Shown here: positions 10,333 through 20,465 of the stretch, piece after piece
How the letters are laid out: each line of letters starts with the position of its first letter
How positions within the stretch are numbered: the stretch's first letter is position 1
From: an uncultured bacterium
GTDB taxonomy: Bacteria; Chloroflexota; UBA5177; JANWHV01
Direction of reading: 5' to 3'
Length of the DNA: 64,000 bases
Assembly (NCBI GenBank): GCA_963729625.1
Contig: CAVSOU010000008.1
Coordinates: forward strand, 384,001-448,000
Notes under the pieces: generated by a model
Databases searched by the model: none
Told to the model about the DNA's origin: nothing
What the model saw: the letters and a program-made list of their open reading frames with translations, nothing else
Made by a program: the position numbers and the translations under genes

Positions 10333-10659
10333 ATGTGCTCCTACGTCACCAGGAAGACTGCCATTGCCGGCAGCGGTAAGGGACCCGACGGCTGGTTTCG
10401 CCTTGGCACGGCCACGGTATACTTCGACCACCCGTATCACGCGCCGTACGAGCATACGCTCAACATCGACTTCGCCAACGAGGCACTGGGCCCCGGCAGC
10501 CGCGTGGCCGTAGAGCTCAGCGCCGATTCTGCCCGGGAGCTTGTCCGCTGTATCGAAGAAGCGCTGGTCGAGGCAGGACCGTCGGCCCTTCACGCCACGT
10601 CCCGCGACGTTCGCGAGGCGGACAGCAGACGACACGGCGAGAGGGTGGCTACTACCTAG
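10333..10659 (+). CDS. Small conserved protein (DUF6295-like)
   Basis: MCSY..GSGKGPDGWF..VYFDHPYHAPYEHTLNIDF..RVAVELS; AGGAGG RBS. Confidence 0.75.
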   Translation: MCSYVTRKTAIAGSGKGPDGWFRLGTATVYFDHPYHAPYEHTLNIDFANEALGPGSRVAVELSADSARELVRCIEEALVEAGPSALHATSRDVREADSRRHGERVATT

Positions 10660-10887
10660 CGCTGCGGCAACATTGCTAGGTGCCTTCAGGGGCCGCCTGC
10701 CGGATCCAGCTACCAGATTGGCAATTGACGGCCACGCCACACCTCCATACGATTCGCTTGAAGCGGAGTGGCGAGCGTCGCGCATCGGCAGCCGAAGTGG
10801 CGCCCGCTGCGGCGAGACCGCGATGCAGCCGATTCCGCCGGCAATCGAGGCGACGCCGGGACGGCGCCAAAAGGCAGACGATAGATT

Positions 10888-12057
10888 ATGCCCGGGCAGG
10901 CAGCAGCTTCCGTGGCTTCCGGCGCCACCGCGCCGGATGTACATACGGCTGCGCTTCGTGGTATTCCATGGCTCCGCATTGGCATGGCCGTGCTGGCATT
11001 GCGCGTGCTCATCAGCGCCGTGGGCGCCGGCATCGTCATCGTGCTTCCGAAGCCGCACCAGCTGCTCTCGGCCACAGGCTTGCTGCTGGATCCATGGCGT
11101 CAGTTTGACGCCTACCGCTTTATCGACATCGCCGCGAACGGCTACCAGGCAAACAGCTTGAACACCGCCTACATGCCACTCTATCCGCTGCTGCTGCGCG
11201 CAGTGACGTACCTCACCGGTGGTCACTATCTCACCGCCGGCCTGATTGTCTCGAACGTGGCCTGCGTGGCCGGCGTTGGGCTCTTCTGGCGCTGGGTCGC
11301 GGACTGCTTCGGGGAAGCCGTAGCGTGGCGGGCAGTAGCCGTGATGCTCTTCTTCCCCGATTCCTTCTACTTGCTTGGCGCTTACAGCGAGTCGCTCTTC
11401 CTTGCCTTCAGCGCCGGCTGCCTCCTGGCCTCGAGGCGGGGACATCCGGCCATAGCAGGAACATTGGGCGGGCTGGCCGTACTGACGCGGTTGCAGGGCC
11501 TGGTCCTGCTGGTCCCTATGGGTGTCGACGCGTGGCTGCGCGCCGGGCGGCAGGGCCGATTCAGTGCCGGTGACGCGTGCGTTGTCATTCCGCCCATTGC
11601 ACTGCTCATCTACCAGAGGCTGCTCACCGTCTCCGTTGGAGGCGCCGGCATCGTCGACACGTTTCAGCGCACCTGGCATATCACGCTACAGCCGCCCTGG
11701 ATGACGATCCGCCAATACCTCCAGGTAATCCATTCGCCGCAGTTCAGCTTCCTCCATTCCACAACCGCCAACTACGTGATGGTCTGGGACCTGCTGGTCG
11801 CGCTTCTCGTTCTCGGCGTTCTCCTGGGCGCCGCCAGGAGACTTGGCCCCGGGCTGTCGCTCTATGGCCTGGCCGCCTGGTGTTTCGCGCTCAGCCGGTG
11901 GTACTCGACCGGCCGGTACATGCTCGCGGTGCTGCCGTTCTTTGTCGCGGTGGCCCTGTTCGCGGACGCGAAGCGGATACAACGGGTCACGATCGTCAGC
12001 GCCCTGTTGATGGTCTTCTTCGCGTCGCAGTTCGCGCAGGGCAGCTGGATAGACTGA
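10888..12057 (+). CDS. Membrane mannosyltransferase-like (GT-C/PIG-V-type) glycosyltransferase
   Basis: WRQFDA.RF..IA.NGY, AYMPLYPLL, AYSESLFL, multi-TM. Confidence 0.8.
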   Translation: MPGQAAASVASGATAPDVHTAALRGIPWLRIGMAVLALRVLISAVGAGIVIVLPKPHQLLSATGLLLDPWRQFDAYRFIDIAANGYQANSLNTAYMPLYPLLLRAVTYLTGGHYLTAGLIVSNVACVAGVGLFWRWVADCFGEAVAWRAVAVMLFFPDSFYLLGAYSESLFLAFSAGCLLASRRGHPAIAGTLGGLAVLTRLQGLVLLVPMGVDAWLRAGRQGRFSAGDACVVIPPIALLIYQRLLTVSVGGAGIVDTFQRTWHITLQPPWMTIRQYLQVIHSPQFSFLHSTTANYVMVWDLLVALLVLGVLLGAARRLGPGLSLYGLAAWCFALSRWYSTGRYMLAVLPFFVAVALFADAKRIQRVTIVSALLMVFFASQFAQGSWID

Positions 12058-12548
12058 CGCGGTCAAGGCGTGCCTGAGTGAAATGGCCTTGCTCGAGGCT
12101 GTCTGGGAACGCTCTTGTATCCGCCCTCAGCCGGCACGCTCGCGCGCGGGCGCCCTGGTGCCTCCTCACCAGCCATCATGCCCTCTTGCGCAGTCACGCC
12201 GCCGTACGCTCAGCAGTCTATGGTTATGGCACGCGGCGATCGCGAGCAGGGCGGACAGCGCATGTCCGCGCTCCCAGGAGTCTGCGAGCACAGCGAATGA
12301 TCGCACGCCCCCAATTACTTCATCCAGATGCGCGGGCGCAGGCAGTCGCAGTGGTTGCGGACGGGAACAAGGCGTAGAATCCTAGCCGTGCATGCCGGGT
12401 GGCGCCGGCATGGCACGCCGGAGTCGTGCCGCGCAGGGCCCGTAGTCGTAGCGAGCGTTCCGGGCGCGTGTGCGGATAAGGTTATCTTCATAAGGGTAGG
12501 TGTTTGGCCTCCGGCCGCGGCCGGAGACCAAACGTCCAGGGAGATGGC

Positions 12549-13286
12549 ATGGGACGGCGCGAGCCAGATAGACATACCGCATATTTCGACCTGCTCGAAG
12601 CGTGCAAGCAGGAGGGCTGCCCTGTCTGTACGCTCACGCTCGTGGCAGTAGCCCACTACCTGGACGCCATCATCTATGAGAGTGTGAACGACCCTCCCAC
12701 GCGCCTGGAGCTCGTAGCGGCCTCGGGCTATTGCAACGAGCATTCCTGGCAGCTGCGCGACATGGGCGCCGCCCTGGGCGCGGCGATCATGTACCGCGAT
12801 GTGCTGCGCCAGGCGGCCGCGGCCTTCGATAGCCGGGCGCGCCGCGATGGGTTGCGGCTGTTTTCCGGCAGGCGCAGGGTAGGGTGGTCGCGGCGCTGGC
12901 TGCGTGGCAGGGCACGCATCACGGGCCGCGCCCTCGCCGATCCCCATACGGACTGCCCAGCCTGCCGGATGCGGGAACACGCCGAGCTGCTCTATCTGGG
13001 GGTCTTGCTCGAACACGTCGGCGAGACAGAGGCGACGGACGCCTTTCGCGGCAGCGCCGGCCTGTGCCTGGTACACCTCGATCGGGTAGCGGCGATCGCA
13101 CCCAAGAAAGCAGCGCTCGATCGCCTGCTGAAGCTGGAAGGAGAACTGCTGCGCGCGCTCGACGACGACCTGAGCGAGTTCGCACGCAAGCACGACTACC
13201 GGTTCCAGGGCGAGAAGATCGGGGCCGAGGGCGATGCCTGGATCCGCGCCATCGGTCTGGTCGCCGGCAAACCGGGCATTCGCTGA
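12549..13286 (+). CDS. DUF6062-like Cys/His-rich protein
   Basis: Two repeats of CPxC...G(Y/L)CxxH. Confidence 0.75.
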   Translation: MGRREPDRHTAYFDLLEACKQEGCPVCTLTLVAVAHYLDAIIYESVNDPPTRLELVAASGYCNEHSWQLRDMGAALGAAIMYRDVLRQAAAAFDSRARRDGLRLFSGRRRVGWSRRWLRGRARITGRALADPHTDCPACRMREHAELLYLGVLLEHVGETEATDAFRGSAGLCLVHLDRVAAIAPKKAALDRLLKLEGELLRALDDDLSEFARKHDYRFQGEKIGAEGDAWIRAIGLVAGKPGIR

Positions 13287-13606
13287 ACACGGACGCCAAC
13301 ACCGGCTGGCTCATCGACAAGGGCATCCAGGTCATTCATTGCCAGCAGCCAAGCAGCGACTTCCGCTTGCACGCACAGCCCACGGAGCAGGTCAGGGAGC
13401 AGGCTCAAGCGGGTATCATCGCGGAGGTTTCCCGGACCCTGCCATAAAGCAGTAGAGTAGTGGCATGTGTGGACAACCAGGCTGAAATGCCCGGCGCTAC
13501 ATCCGGCCACAGCCGGCCCCGGCCCTGCCATCCGCCGCAGCTGGAGGTCATATGCATGGGAAGTCGGGCCGGAGGCTCAATAGTTACCCTTACAGGGAGG
13601 CGCGCC

Positions 13607-16420
13607 GTGGCTGAATACCGCAAGAAGCTGATCGAGGTGGCGCTGCCGCTCGAAGCCATCAACGTTGCGTCGGCGCGCGAGAAGAGCATCCGGCATGGCC
13701 ACCCCTCCACGCTCCACCTCTGGTGGGCGCGCCGGCCGCTCGCCGCCTGTCGCGCCGTCCTGTTTGCCTCACTGGTTGATGACCCCAGCTCGCTTCCCGA
13801 GCAGTTTCCCACCCTCGAAGCGCAGGAAACAGAAAGGCAGCGCCTGTTCCGCATCATCGAGAAGCTGGTGTTGTGGGAGAACACCACCAACGAGGGGGTG
13901 CTGGACGAGGCGCGCGCCGAGATCATGCGATCGACTGGCGGCCATCCGCCCCCGGTGCTCGACCCCTTCTGCGGCGGCGGCTCCATTCCACTGGAGGCCC
14001 AGAGGCTGGGCCTGGAAGCGCACGCCAGCGACCTCAACCCGGTGGCCGTGCTGATTACCAAGGCGCTGATCGAGATCCCGCCGAAGTTCGCCAACATGCC
14101 GCCCGTGCATCCGGGCGAGCGCATGGCCCGGTCGTGGAAAGGCGCGCAGGGACTGGCTGAGGACGTCCGCTATTACGGCAAGTGGATGCGCGACGAGGCG
14201 TTCAAGCGTATCGGCCATCTTTACCCGAAGGCCCAGCTGCCCAAGGAGCACGGCGGGGGCGAGGCCACGGTGATCGCCTGGCTGTGGGCGCGCACCGTCA
14301 CCTGTCCAAATCCCGCGTGTGGTGCCAGGATGCCCCTAACACGTTCCTTTTGGCTTTCGACAAAGCCAGGCAATCGGGCGTTTATCGAGTATGCTGTCGA
14401 TCGCACCACGAAGGAAGTTGGGTTCAAGGTATTCATCGGGCAGGGAACCCCGCCCGATGGCACTCTGGATCGCCGTGGCGCGCGCTGCGTTGTCTGCGAC
14501 GCTCCAATTCCATTCGACGTTGTGCGGGCAGAAGGAAATGCTGGACGATTGGGCGCACAACTCATGGCGATCGCCGCTGAAGGAAATCGCGGGCGGATTT
14601 TTCTGTCGCCTACACCCGAGCATGAACTCGTGGCCAAGAACGCAACGCCCACTTGGAAGCCCGATTCTCAGTTGCCGGAACATGGGTTAGGTTTCCGGGT
14701 TCAACCATATGGACTGACAAGACACTCGGACCTCTTCACAGATCGCCAACTCGTAGCACTAACTACGTTCAGCGACCTTATCAGTGAGGCGCGTGGGAAG
14801 ATACTTTCTGACATGGCGACGTCTCACGATTTGGCAGGTCGAATCGCACCTGTAGCTGAAAGCGTCGATGGACCGACTGACTATGTTGACGCACTTTCGA
14901 CATACCTTGCGCTGTCGGTCAGCAAAGCAGCCGACCTGGCTTCGACACTTTGCCACTGGCAGCCGAATCCACAACACCTGAAGATTGCGCCAACTTTCTC
15001 TAGGCATGCGGTCCCAATGTCTTGGGATTACGCGGAGGGAAACCCGTTCAGCGGCTCATCTGGAAACTTCAGCAGGCAGTGGGAGTTGATAGCTGAACTC
15101 CTTGATGAGACTTATTCCGAGATCCCGTCCGTTGTCCAGCAACAGGATGCAATGACATACCGACAGGATGAACCCAAAGTATTGGTCTCGACAGATCCAC
15201 CTTACTATGACAACATCGGATACGCTGACCTTTCGGACTTCTTCTATATTTGGCTGCGTGCCGTGCTCGAGAGAACTCATCCAGCCTTGTTCACAACCTT
15301 GCTCGTCCCCAAGAGCAACGAGCTTATAGCTGATCAGCACCGACACGCCGGTAGGGCTGGGGCTCATCAGTTCTTCGAAAATGGACTGGCAACGGTGTTC
15401 AGCGGGCTCCGGCGGGTGCAGGATTCGAACGTCCCGATGACGGTCTTCTACGCATTCAGGCAGGTTGAAAATGATAACAATCTAGGCGAGTCGGGCGACG
15501 ATCAATTGGTCGTGGCATCTACCGGCTGGGAAACCATGCTGGAGGGTTTGCTCAGCGGCGGATTCACAGTTCTTGGTACATGGCCGATGCGCACCGAGCG
15601 CTCCGGCCGCCTGCGAGAGAACGGGAGCAACGCCTTAGCCTCCTCAATCGTGCTCGTCTGTCGTCCTCGGTCGGAGGCGGCAACCGTCGGGACACGCCGT
15701 GAGTTCCTTCAGACTCTAAAGCACGAACTGCCCGAGGCGCTGCGATTGATGCAACACGGCAATATCGCGCCGGTGGACCTGGCGCAAGCGGCCATCGGCC
15801 CCGGCATGGCAGTGTATTCGCGCTACTTGAAGGTGCTCGAGCCCGACGGCAGCCCCCTGCCCGTACGTGCCGCCCTTGCGCTGATCAACCAGACCCTCGA
15901 CGAGGTTCTGGCCGAGCAGGAAGGTGAGTTCGACGCCGATACGCGCTGGGCGCTGGCCTGGTTTCAGCAGTTCGGTGTTGACGAAGGACCCTACGGCACC
16001 GCGGAGACGCTCTCCACCGCCAAGAACACCAGCGTGGCCGGCATGGTGCAGGCCGGCATCGTCCAGGCTAGCGGCGGCAAGGTGCGATTGCTCAAGCGCG
16101 AGGAGCTATCAGCAGATTGGAATCCGGCGAACGATGCACGCCTCACGGTGTGGGAGACCTGCCAGCACCTGATCCGTACACTGCAGGATGAAGGCGAGCA
16201 GGCGGCTGCCGCGCTCCTGGCTGCATCAGGGCAGGCGGGCGAGAATGCCCGCGACCTTGCATACCGGCTCTACGTGATCTGCGAGCGGAAGGGCTGGGCC
16301 TCCGAGGCGCTTGCCTACAACAGCCTGGTGACGACATGGTCGGCGCTGGGCAGGACGGCGGCGCAAGCGGAGGAGCGGAAGCGCGCGCCGGTGCAGGGTA
16401 CTTTGCAAGGAATGGCCTAG
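13607..16420 (+). CDS. DUF1156 adenine-specific DNA methyltransferase of a restriction-like/BREX-related system
   Basis: KKLIEVALPL..HLWWARRPLAACRA, SAM motif DPFCGGGSIP, catalytic TDPPYYDNIGYADLSDFF; GTG start after GGGAGG. Confidence 0.95.
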   Translation: MAEYRKKLIEVALPLEAINVASAREKSIRHGHPSTLHLWWARRPLAACRAVLFASLVDDPSSLPEQFPTLEAQETERQRLFRIIEKLVLWENTTNEGVLDEARAEIMRSTGGHPPPVLDPFCGGGSIPLEAQRLGLEAHASDLNPVAVLITKALIEIPPKFANMPPVHPGERMARSWKGAQGLAEDVRYYGKWMRDEAFKRIGHLYPKAQLPKEHGGGEATVIAWLWARTVTCPNPACGARMPLTRSFWLSTKPGNRAFIEYAVDRTTKEVGFKVFIGQGTPPDGTLDRRGARCVVCDAPIPFDVVRAEGNAGRLGAQLMAIAAEGNRGRIFLSPTPEHELVAKNATPTWKPDSQLPEHGLGFRVQPYGLTRHSDLFTDRQLVALTTFSDLISEARGKILSDMATSHDLAGRIAPVAESVDGPTDYVDALSTYLALSVSKAADLASTLCHWQPNPQHLKIAPTFSRHAVPMSWDYAEGNPFSGSSGNFSRQWELIAELLDETYSEIPSVVQQQDAMTYRQDEPKVLVSTDPPYYDNIGYADLSDFFYIWLRAVLERTHPALFTTLLVPKSNELIADQHRHAGRAGAHQFFENGLATVFSGLRRVQDSNVPMTVFYAFRQVENDNNLGESGDDQLVVASTGWETMLEGLLSGGFTVLGTWPMRTERSGRLRENGSNALASSIVLVCRPRSEAATVGTRREFLQTLKHELPEALRLMQHGNIAPVDLAQAAIGPGMAVYSRYLKVLEPDGSPLPVRAALALINQTLDEVLAEQEGEFDADTRWALAWFQQFGVDEGPYGTAETLSTAKNTSVAGMVQAGIVQASGGKVRLLKREELSADWNPANDARLTVWETCQHLIRTLQDEGEQAAAALLAASGQAGENARDLAYRLYVICERKGWASEALAYNSLVTTWSALGRTAAQAEERKRAPVQGTLQGMA

Positions 16421-16471
16421 ACAAGCCTCGATAAACCTGTCCATCACGTTGTGGGTGTATGCCTAGTTTGA

Positions 16472-17644
16472 ATGCGTAGGGCGATGAATAGCGGAGTGCT
16501 GGCAGCACTCGTCGTGCGCGGCGACGGTCTATTCGCACGTGCCGGCGGACTTGACCCAATAGCGGATGGTTTGCAGGCGTATTGCGCCGACTGTGGTGTG
16601 GTCATGCTGCTCCTGGCTCGCGACTGGGGTGCCATGCCAGTGCTCTCACAGGCTCGCCTGTCTCGTCCGCACGAGATCCTGCAAGTTTCGAGCACAGCCG
16701 ATTCTGCGCGTCGACTTCAGGAGCGCCTCAGCACGATGGGAGTGCCCCTCTCGCACGTTGTGTATATCGGCTACGGTGTGCACGACGCCGACGATGCCCG
16801 GCACCTACGTGTTCCCTATCTGTCAGCCGCATGGGCGGGCAAGAGTCCGGGATCGGGAGTGCAGTTGGATAGCGCCGACCACCTGACCGAGTATTTGCGA
16901 ACCTTCCTTGCAAAGCAGCGTCTGTGGCTTCAAGAAAACGCTGTAGCTGGCAGCTGCGGCCTTGCTGACTTTGCGTGGCTGAGCGTAGCCGCTGAAAGTG
17001 AAGGATCGCGGGCTTTTCGGTTGGCGTTCTTCTGCGAGCACTTGTTCACGAGTCTTGCGCTTAGTGACCTTGGGCGTTGGGCAGACGTATGGACGGTCGA
17101 CGGCGACTCTGACGGATCTGATCGACTGCTGAAGTTGGCACGCGCCCGAAGCTGCCTGTTTGGTGCGCCTGTGGTGCGACTGCCTCTGACATCACACTTG
17201 CCAGAAGGCCGCTCGCTCGCCGGCAAGAAGGCATTGCTGCTGCAGTATTGCCCTAGTCGACATGACCAGGACGTTGCCACAGCCGAATTGACTCACTCGG
17301 GTGCGACTTCTGTTCGTTGTGCGAGTCTGTTCACGACACGAGACGACAACTCCCAGCTCGACTTTGACGCCGATTGTGCTCGGTATGCTGATGAAATGCT
17401 CGCTGCGGCGGACCGGTTCGTCCAGCGTTACACTGAGCGACGGCGTAGACGTCAAGGTACGGCTGAGGAAAGAGCATGGGAGTCAGATGACGCAGACGGT
17501 GAGCATTGGATGGCGCACTGGAGCGACGCCAACCGCCATGAGACGAGATTTGGAGACAAGCGTCTCGGATGGCTAGCGCATGAGGGGGGTGCCTTTGGCT
17601 CTGTCTCGCTCTACGATGACTACAGTGACGAAGGCGAGGCATAG
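16472..17644 (+). CDS. Hypothetical protein; degenerate HAD-like plus phosphoribosyltransferase-like fusion
   Basis: VVYIGYGVHDADDAR..AAW resembles HAD motif IV; LAGKKALLL....SGATSV resembles a PRTase core lacking DD. Confidence 0.45.
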   Translation: MRRAMNSGVLAALVVRGDGLFARAGGLDPIADGLQAYCADCGVVMLLLARDWGAMPVLSQARLSRPHEILQVSSTADSARRLQERLSTMGVPLSHVVYIGYGVHDADDARHLRVPYLSAAWAGKSPGSGVQLDSADHLTEYLRTFLAKQRLWLQENAVAGSCGLADFAWLSVAAESEGSRAFRLAFFCEHLFTSLALSDLGRWADVWTVDGDSDGSDRLLKLARARSCLFGAPVVRLPLTSHLPEGRSLAGKKALLLQYCPSRHDQDVATAELTHSGATSVRCASLFTTRDDNSQLDFDADCARYADEMLAAADRFVQRYTERRRRRQGTAEERAWESDDADGEHWMAHWSDANRHETRFGDKRLGWLAHEGGAFGSVSLYDDYSDEGEA

Positions 17645-17715
17645 TCCAAGCATGGCAGCTCGAGGCTGGAGGGGGGTTCCCTCGCAACACCGCATTCAAA
17701 GTGGACTGCAAGTAG

Positions 17716-17979
17716 ATGACTGTAACCGCCGATATGGTTCGGGATGCATACGAGGCAGATCGCCTTGCCAGACATACAGGGACCCGGAGGATGTCGGTTC
17801 CGCAGTTCCTCAAGTTGACGAAGTCCGGTGCAGCCCTCATTGATGCACTCGCTCAATTCGAGAGAGGTCGCCTGGTGCTCCGGACTTATCAGCTCATGAG
17901 AACTTCAGCCGAGGGTGTCGGCGCCGAAGCGAGATCTGCGAATGAAGGGTGTGTCTGGGCCAATCTGGTCCGTCAATGA
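17716..17979 (+). CDS. Small hypothetical protein (cassette cargo)
   Basis: 87-aa ATG ORF co-oriented with upstream cargo; no recognised motif. Confidence 0.35.
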   Translation: MTVTADMVRDAYEADRLARHTGTRRMSVPQFLKLTKSGAALIDALAQFERGRLVLRTYQLMRTSAEGVGAEARSANEGCVWANLVRQ

Positions 17980-18180
17980 GTACCTAACCGAATCGCCGTG
18001 GACTACAACGGCGGTTGGACTTCGACCATACGATGACGCCGATGAGCCTGGCTAGGCCCATGCTACCGTGTAGACAAAGCGTCCCACTTCCGGCTTCTGC
18101 CTTTGGGTATAGAGTCTAGTGCGGAAAGCAGCGAAACTGCGCAGATTAGCGACAAACATGCCGCCATGAAGGGTTGATGC

Positions 18181-18262
18181 ATGGCTACCTAAAACTATGA
18201 ACGTGTCGGCCGAACCCTTGAAGTCCTGAAGGACGCGCTCCGCCCATATATCAAGCGCGAGC
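18181..18262 (+). pseudogene. Relic copy of the 5' start of the DUF499 gene
   Basis: MAT*NYERVGRTLEVLKDALRPYIKRE vs MATSNYERVGRTLELLKDALRPYIERE at 25510; premature TAA. Confidence 0.9.
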
Positions 18263-18268
18263 GTCCCG

Positions 18269-18397
18269 ACCGCGCGGCACATCGATAGTGACACACCAGC
18301 TTCTTGTTCAGGACTGAGATGCCAAACGCTACCAGGAGCGCGACATCCGCAACGCGCTACGCCGAATCCAAGAGGCCGGTCAAGGGACGGGCGCAAA
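18269..18397 (+). repeat. 129-bp direct repeat, copy A (copy B at 20774-20902)
   Basis: Identical except one A/G difference. Confidence 0.95.
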
Positions 18398-18851
18398 GAT
18401 CCCTGGCCCTCCTGGTCGCGCTCCTGGCCGGCGCAGAGTCCGATGCGAACCGTGGGCGCAGTCTCATCCTGCTGGAGGAGCTGGAGACTGCGCTGCACCC
18501 AGGGGCCACGAGAGTGCTGCTGGATGCGATGTCCGAGGCCAGCGAACACTCGCAAGTAGTAGTCACGACGCACAGCCCGGACCTTCTCGACCAGAAAGAC
18601 ATCCCCGAAGATTCCGTCCTCGCGGTCGAAGCCGAGGAGGGAGTCGCGAGGATCGGCCCGATCGATGAGGTGGGACGTTCGGCCATTCGCGACCGCCTGT
18701 TCACAGCCGGCGACCTCTTGCGAACCGCGGGCCTGCACCCCACTGGCGCCGAGGCAGGCGGAGCCAGCCTAGATGGGCGAATGGGCCAGGCCAGTGTGCA
18801 TTGCCTGCATCGTCGAGGGCGCTGGCGAGGCAGAGGCAGTCCCGGAGCTCG
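18397..18851 (+). pseudogene. Duplicated fragment of ABC ATPase 3' end plus DUF4276 5' start (copy of 22027-22489)
   Basis: Near-identical sequence with scattered SNPs and an 8-bp deletion (GAGGCGCC). Confidence 0.93.
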
Positions 18852-19079
18852 CTCAGCGCCGGCGGGCTGGTGGCGGCGCCGGGTGAGCAACCTGCACTGT
18901 AGGGTGACCCCCAGGCCGCGCGGCAGAAGCGACTGACCGCGGTGCTGCAGGCACACGCGCAGCGGCATGGAAAGACGGCCTTCCACCACTGGCAGGTCGA
19001 CCCGCTGGCGGACGATGAATGGCAACAGGAGGATGGCATCGCATGACTCGGCGTCTGCGCCGAAAGCAGCCTGGTCGAG

Positions 19080-20186
19080 TTAATACGGCGTTGCTGAGGG
19101 AATCACTGTCGGATATGCAAGGGAAGTGGGTGATGGAGCAAAGGTAGGCACGGCGGTCGGCGAGGCAATCACTGTCGGATATGCAAGGGAAGTGGGTGAC
19201 GGAGCAAAGGTAGGCACGGCGGTCGGCGAGGCAGTCGCGGTCGATGGGGCAGCGAGGACCGGAGTCGCGATCAATGCGGCAGTGGAGTTCGGCAACTTCA
19301 ACACCCACCGCACCCGAGCCTGCACATCCACTGTTTTCGGCGAGGTGGGCGGCAAGTCCCCGACCACAGTCGTTTGCATCCCGGCGGGCACGAGGACAGA
19401 GTACTTCCCGTTGGTGACAAGCATTAATCCCTCGATGACTGTGACCACCACGGTGCGGGAGCGCTGGGCATAGCGAATGTCGAAGCGCGTGCCCTTGGTT
19501 GCGGCCACGGCAGTACCAGCCTGCACTGTATGGCTCACTGCGCCGTGAACGACTGCCCAAAAAAGGTCGCCACCGCTCATCGAAGAATGCAGGGGGTCCC
19601 GAATCTGCACATCGCTGTTGCTGTTGAGGTCGATCAGAGTCCCATCACGCAAGCCGATAGAGGCCAGCTGGCCCTGAGCCGTGAATGCATGATAATCCTG
19701 AAACAGATCGCTGCCTACGGTTCCGCTGCGCCCCGGCGCGTTCGGCGGCAGAATAGTGATACCGTGCACGAGGGAAACGACACTGGCCGGCGGACCAGGC
19801 ACGATCGGGATACTCAATGAGGCCGGCGGGAATCCAGGGGATGCGGCCTGCACCTCCGCCTTGCCCAGCGTCGTGGCATGGACAGTCAGTGCGATGGTGC
19901 CATGCGCTGCCATGCCGCCGACCGTCGTACCGGTGCCGACGACATGTACTTGCGCCGGTACCAGCTCACCTGCTGAGCTGCGCACGGTTACAGTCAGCAC
20001 CACGTCGCGGCCGACGTTGATCTGCGCAGGTGTCACGGCAATACGCAGCGTGGCGGCGGCCTTTGCGGGCGGCGGAGTCGATGCAGCGAGAAACAGGATG
20101 ACTGCGAGAGAGAGCAGGCGGCCGACGATATGCACGATCACTCCTGTCCATGGGTGGGCGTTGGCGCAAGCATGAATGCACGTCAC
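19080..20186 (-). CDS. Secreted FecR-domain protein with Ig-like N-terminus and Pro/Thr tail
   Basis: Signal peptide; IGLRDGTLIDLNSNS, AVAATKGTRF, VTVIEG FecR motifs. Confidence 0.75.
   Translation of the reverse strand: MTCIHACANAHPWTGVIVHIVGRLLSLAVILFLAASTPPPAKAAATLRIAVTPAQINVGRDVVLTVTVRSSAGELVPAQVHVVGTGTTVGGMAAHGTIALTVHATTLGKAEVQAASPGFPPASLSIPIVPGPPASVVSLVHGITILPPNAPGRSGTVGSDLFQDYHAFTAQGQLASIGLRDGTLIDLNSNSDVQIRDPLHSSMSGGDLFWAVVHGAVSHTVQAGTAVAATKGTRFDIRYAQRSRTVVVTVIEGLMLVTNGKYSVLVPAGMQTTVVGDLPPTSPKTVDVQARVRWVLKLPNSTAALIATPVLAAPSTATASPTAVPTFAPSPTSLAYPTVIASPTAVPTFAPSPTSLAYPTVIPSATPY
19101..19232 (-). repeat. 66-bp tandem repeat x2 (22-aa Pro/Thr linker)
   Basis: SPTAVPTFAPSPTSLAYPTVI repeated. 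Confidence 0.9.
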
Positions 20187-20465
20187 GCTACAGCAGCCTG
20201 ATCATGGCGTCAAGTGGCAGCGCCTGAAAGGAGAGCACCTATAACTCGGGGGTGTTGTCCTATCTTCGCGCGACGTCACGCGTAGCCGCTGACACAGTTG
20301 CGTGTTTGGTCACAGCGCCGAAGTCCTGTTTCCGGATTTGCCCGGGAACGGAACCAAGACGGCCGCGCGCAACCGCTTATGCTCTTGCACGGTTATCACC
20401 TGATGTCCCGGCAAGAGCCGACCAAGTCGGCGCGGCAAGCACTCGTCGAGTACAATGCGCACGGA

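Noticed and set aside
10306-11679. Long antisense ORFs (also 32448-33818, 34333-36213, 42930-44087, 47634-48692)
   Set aside because: Shadow ORFs of well-supported genes in high-GC DNA, with no motifs.
13287-13450. Possible gene remnant or att site at the left edge of the defence island
   Set aside because: Looks coding-like, but I could not match it to any family or to the right island edge.
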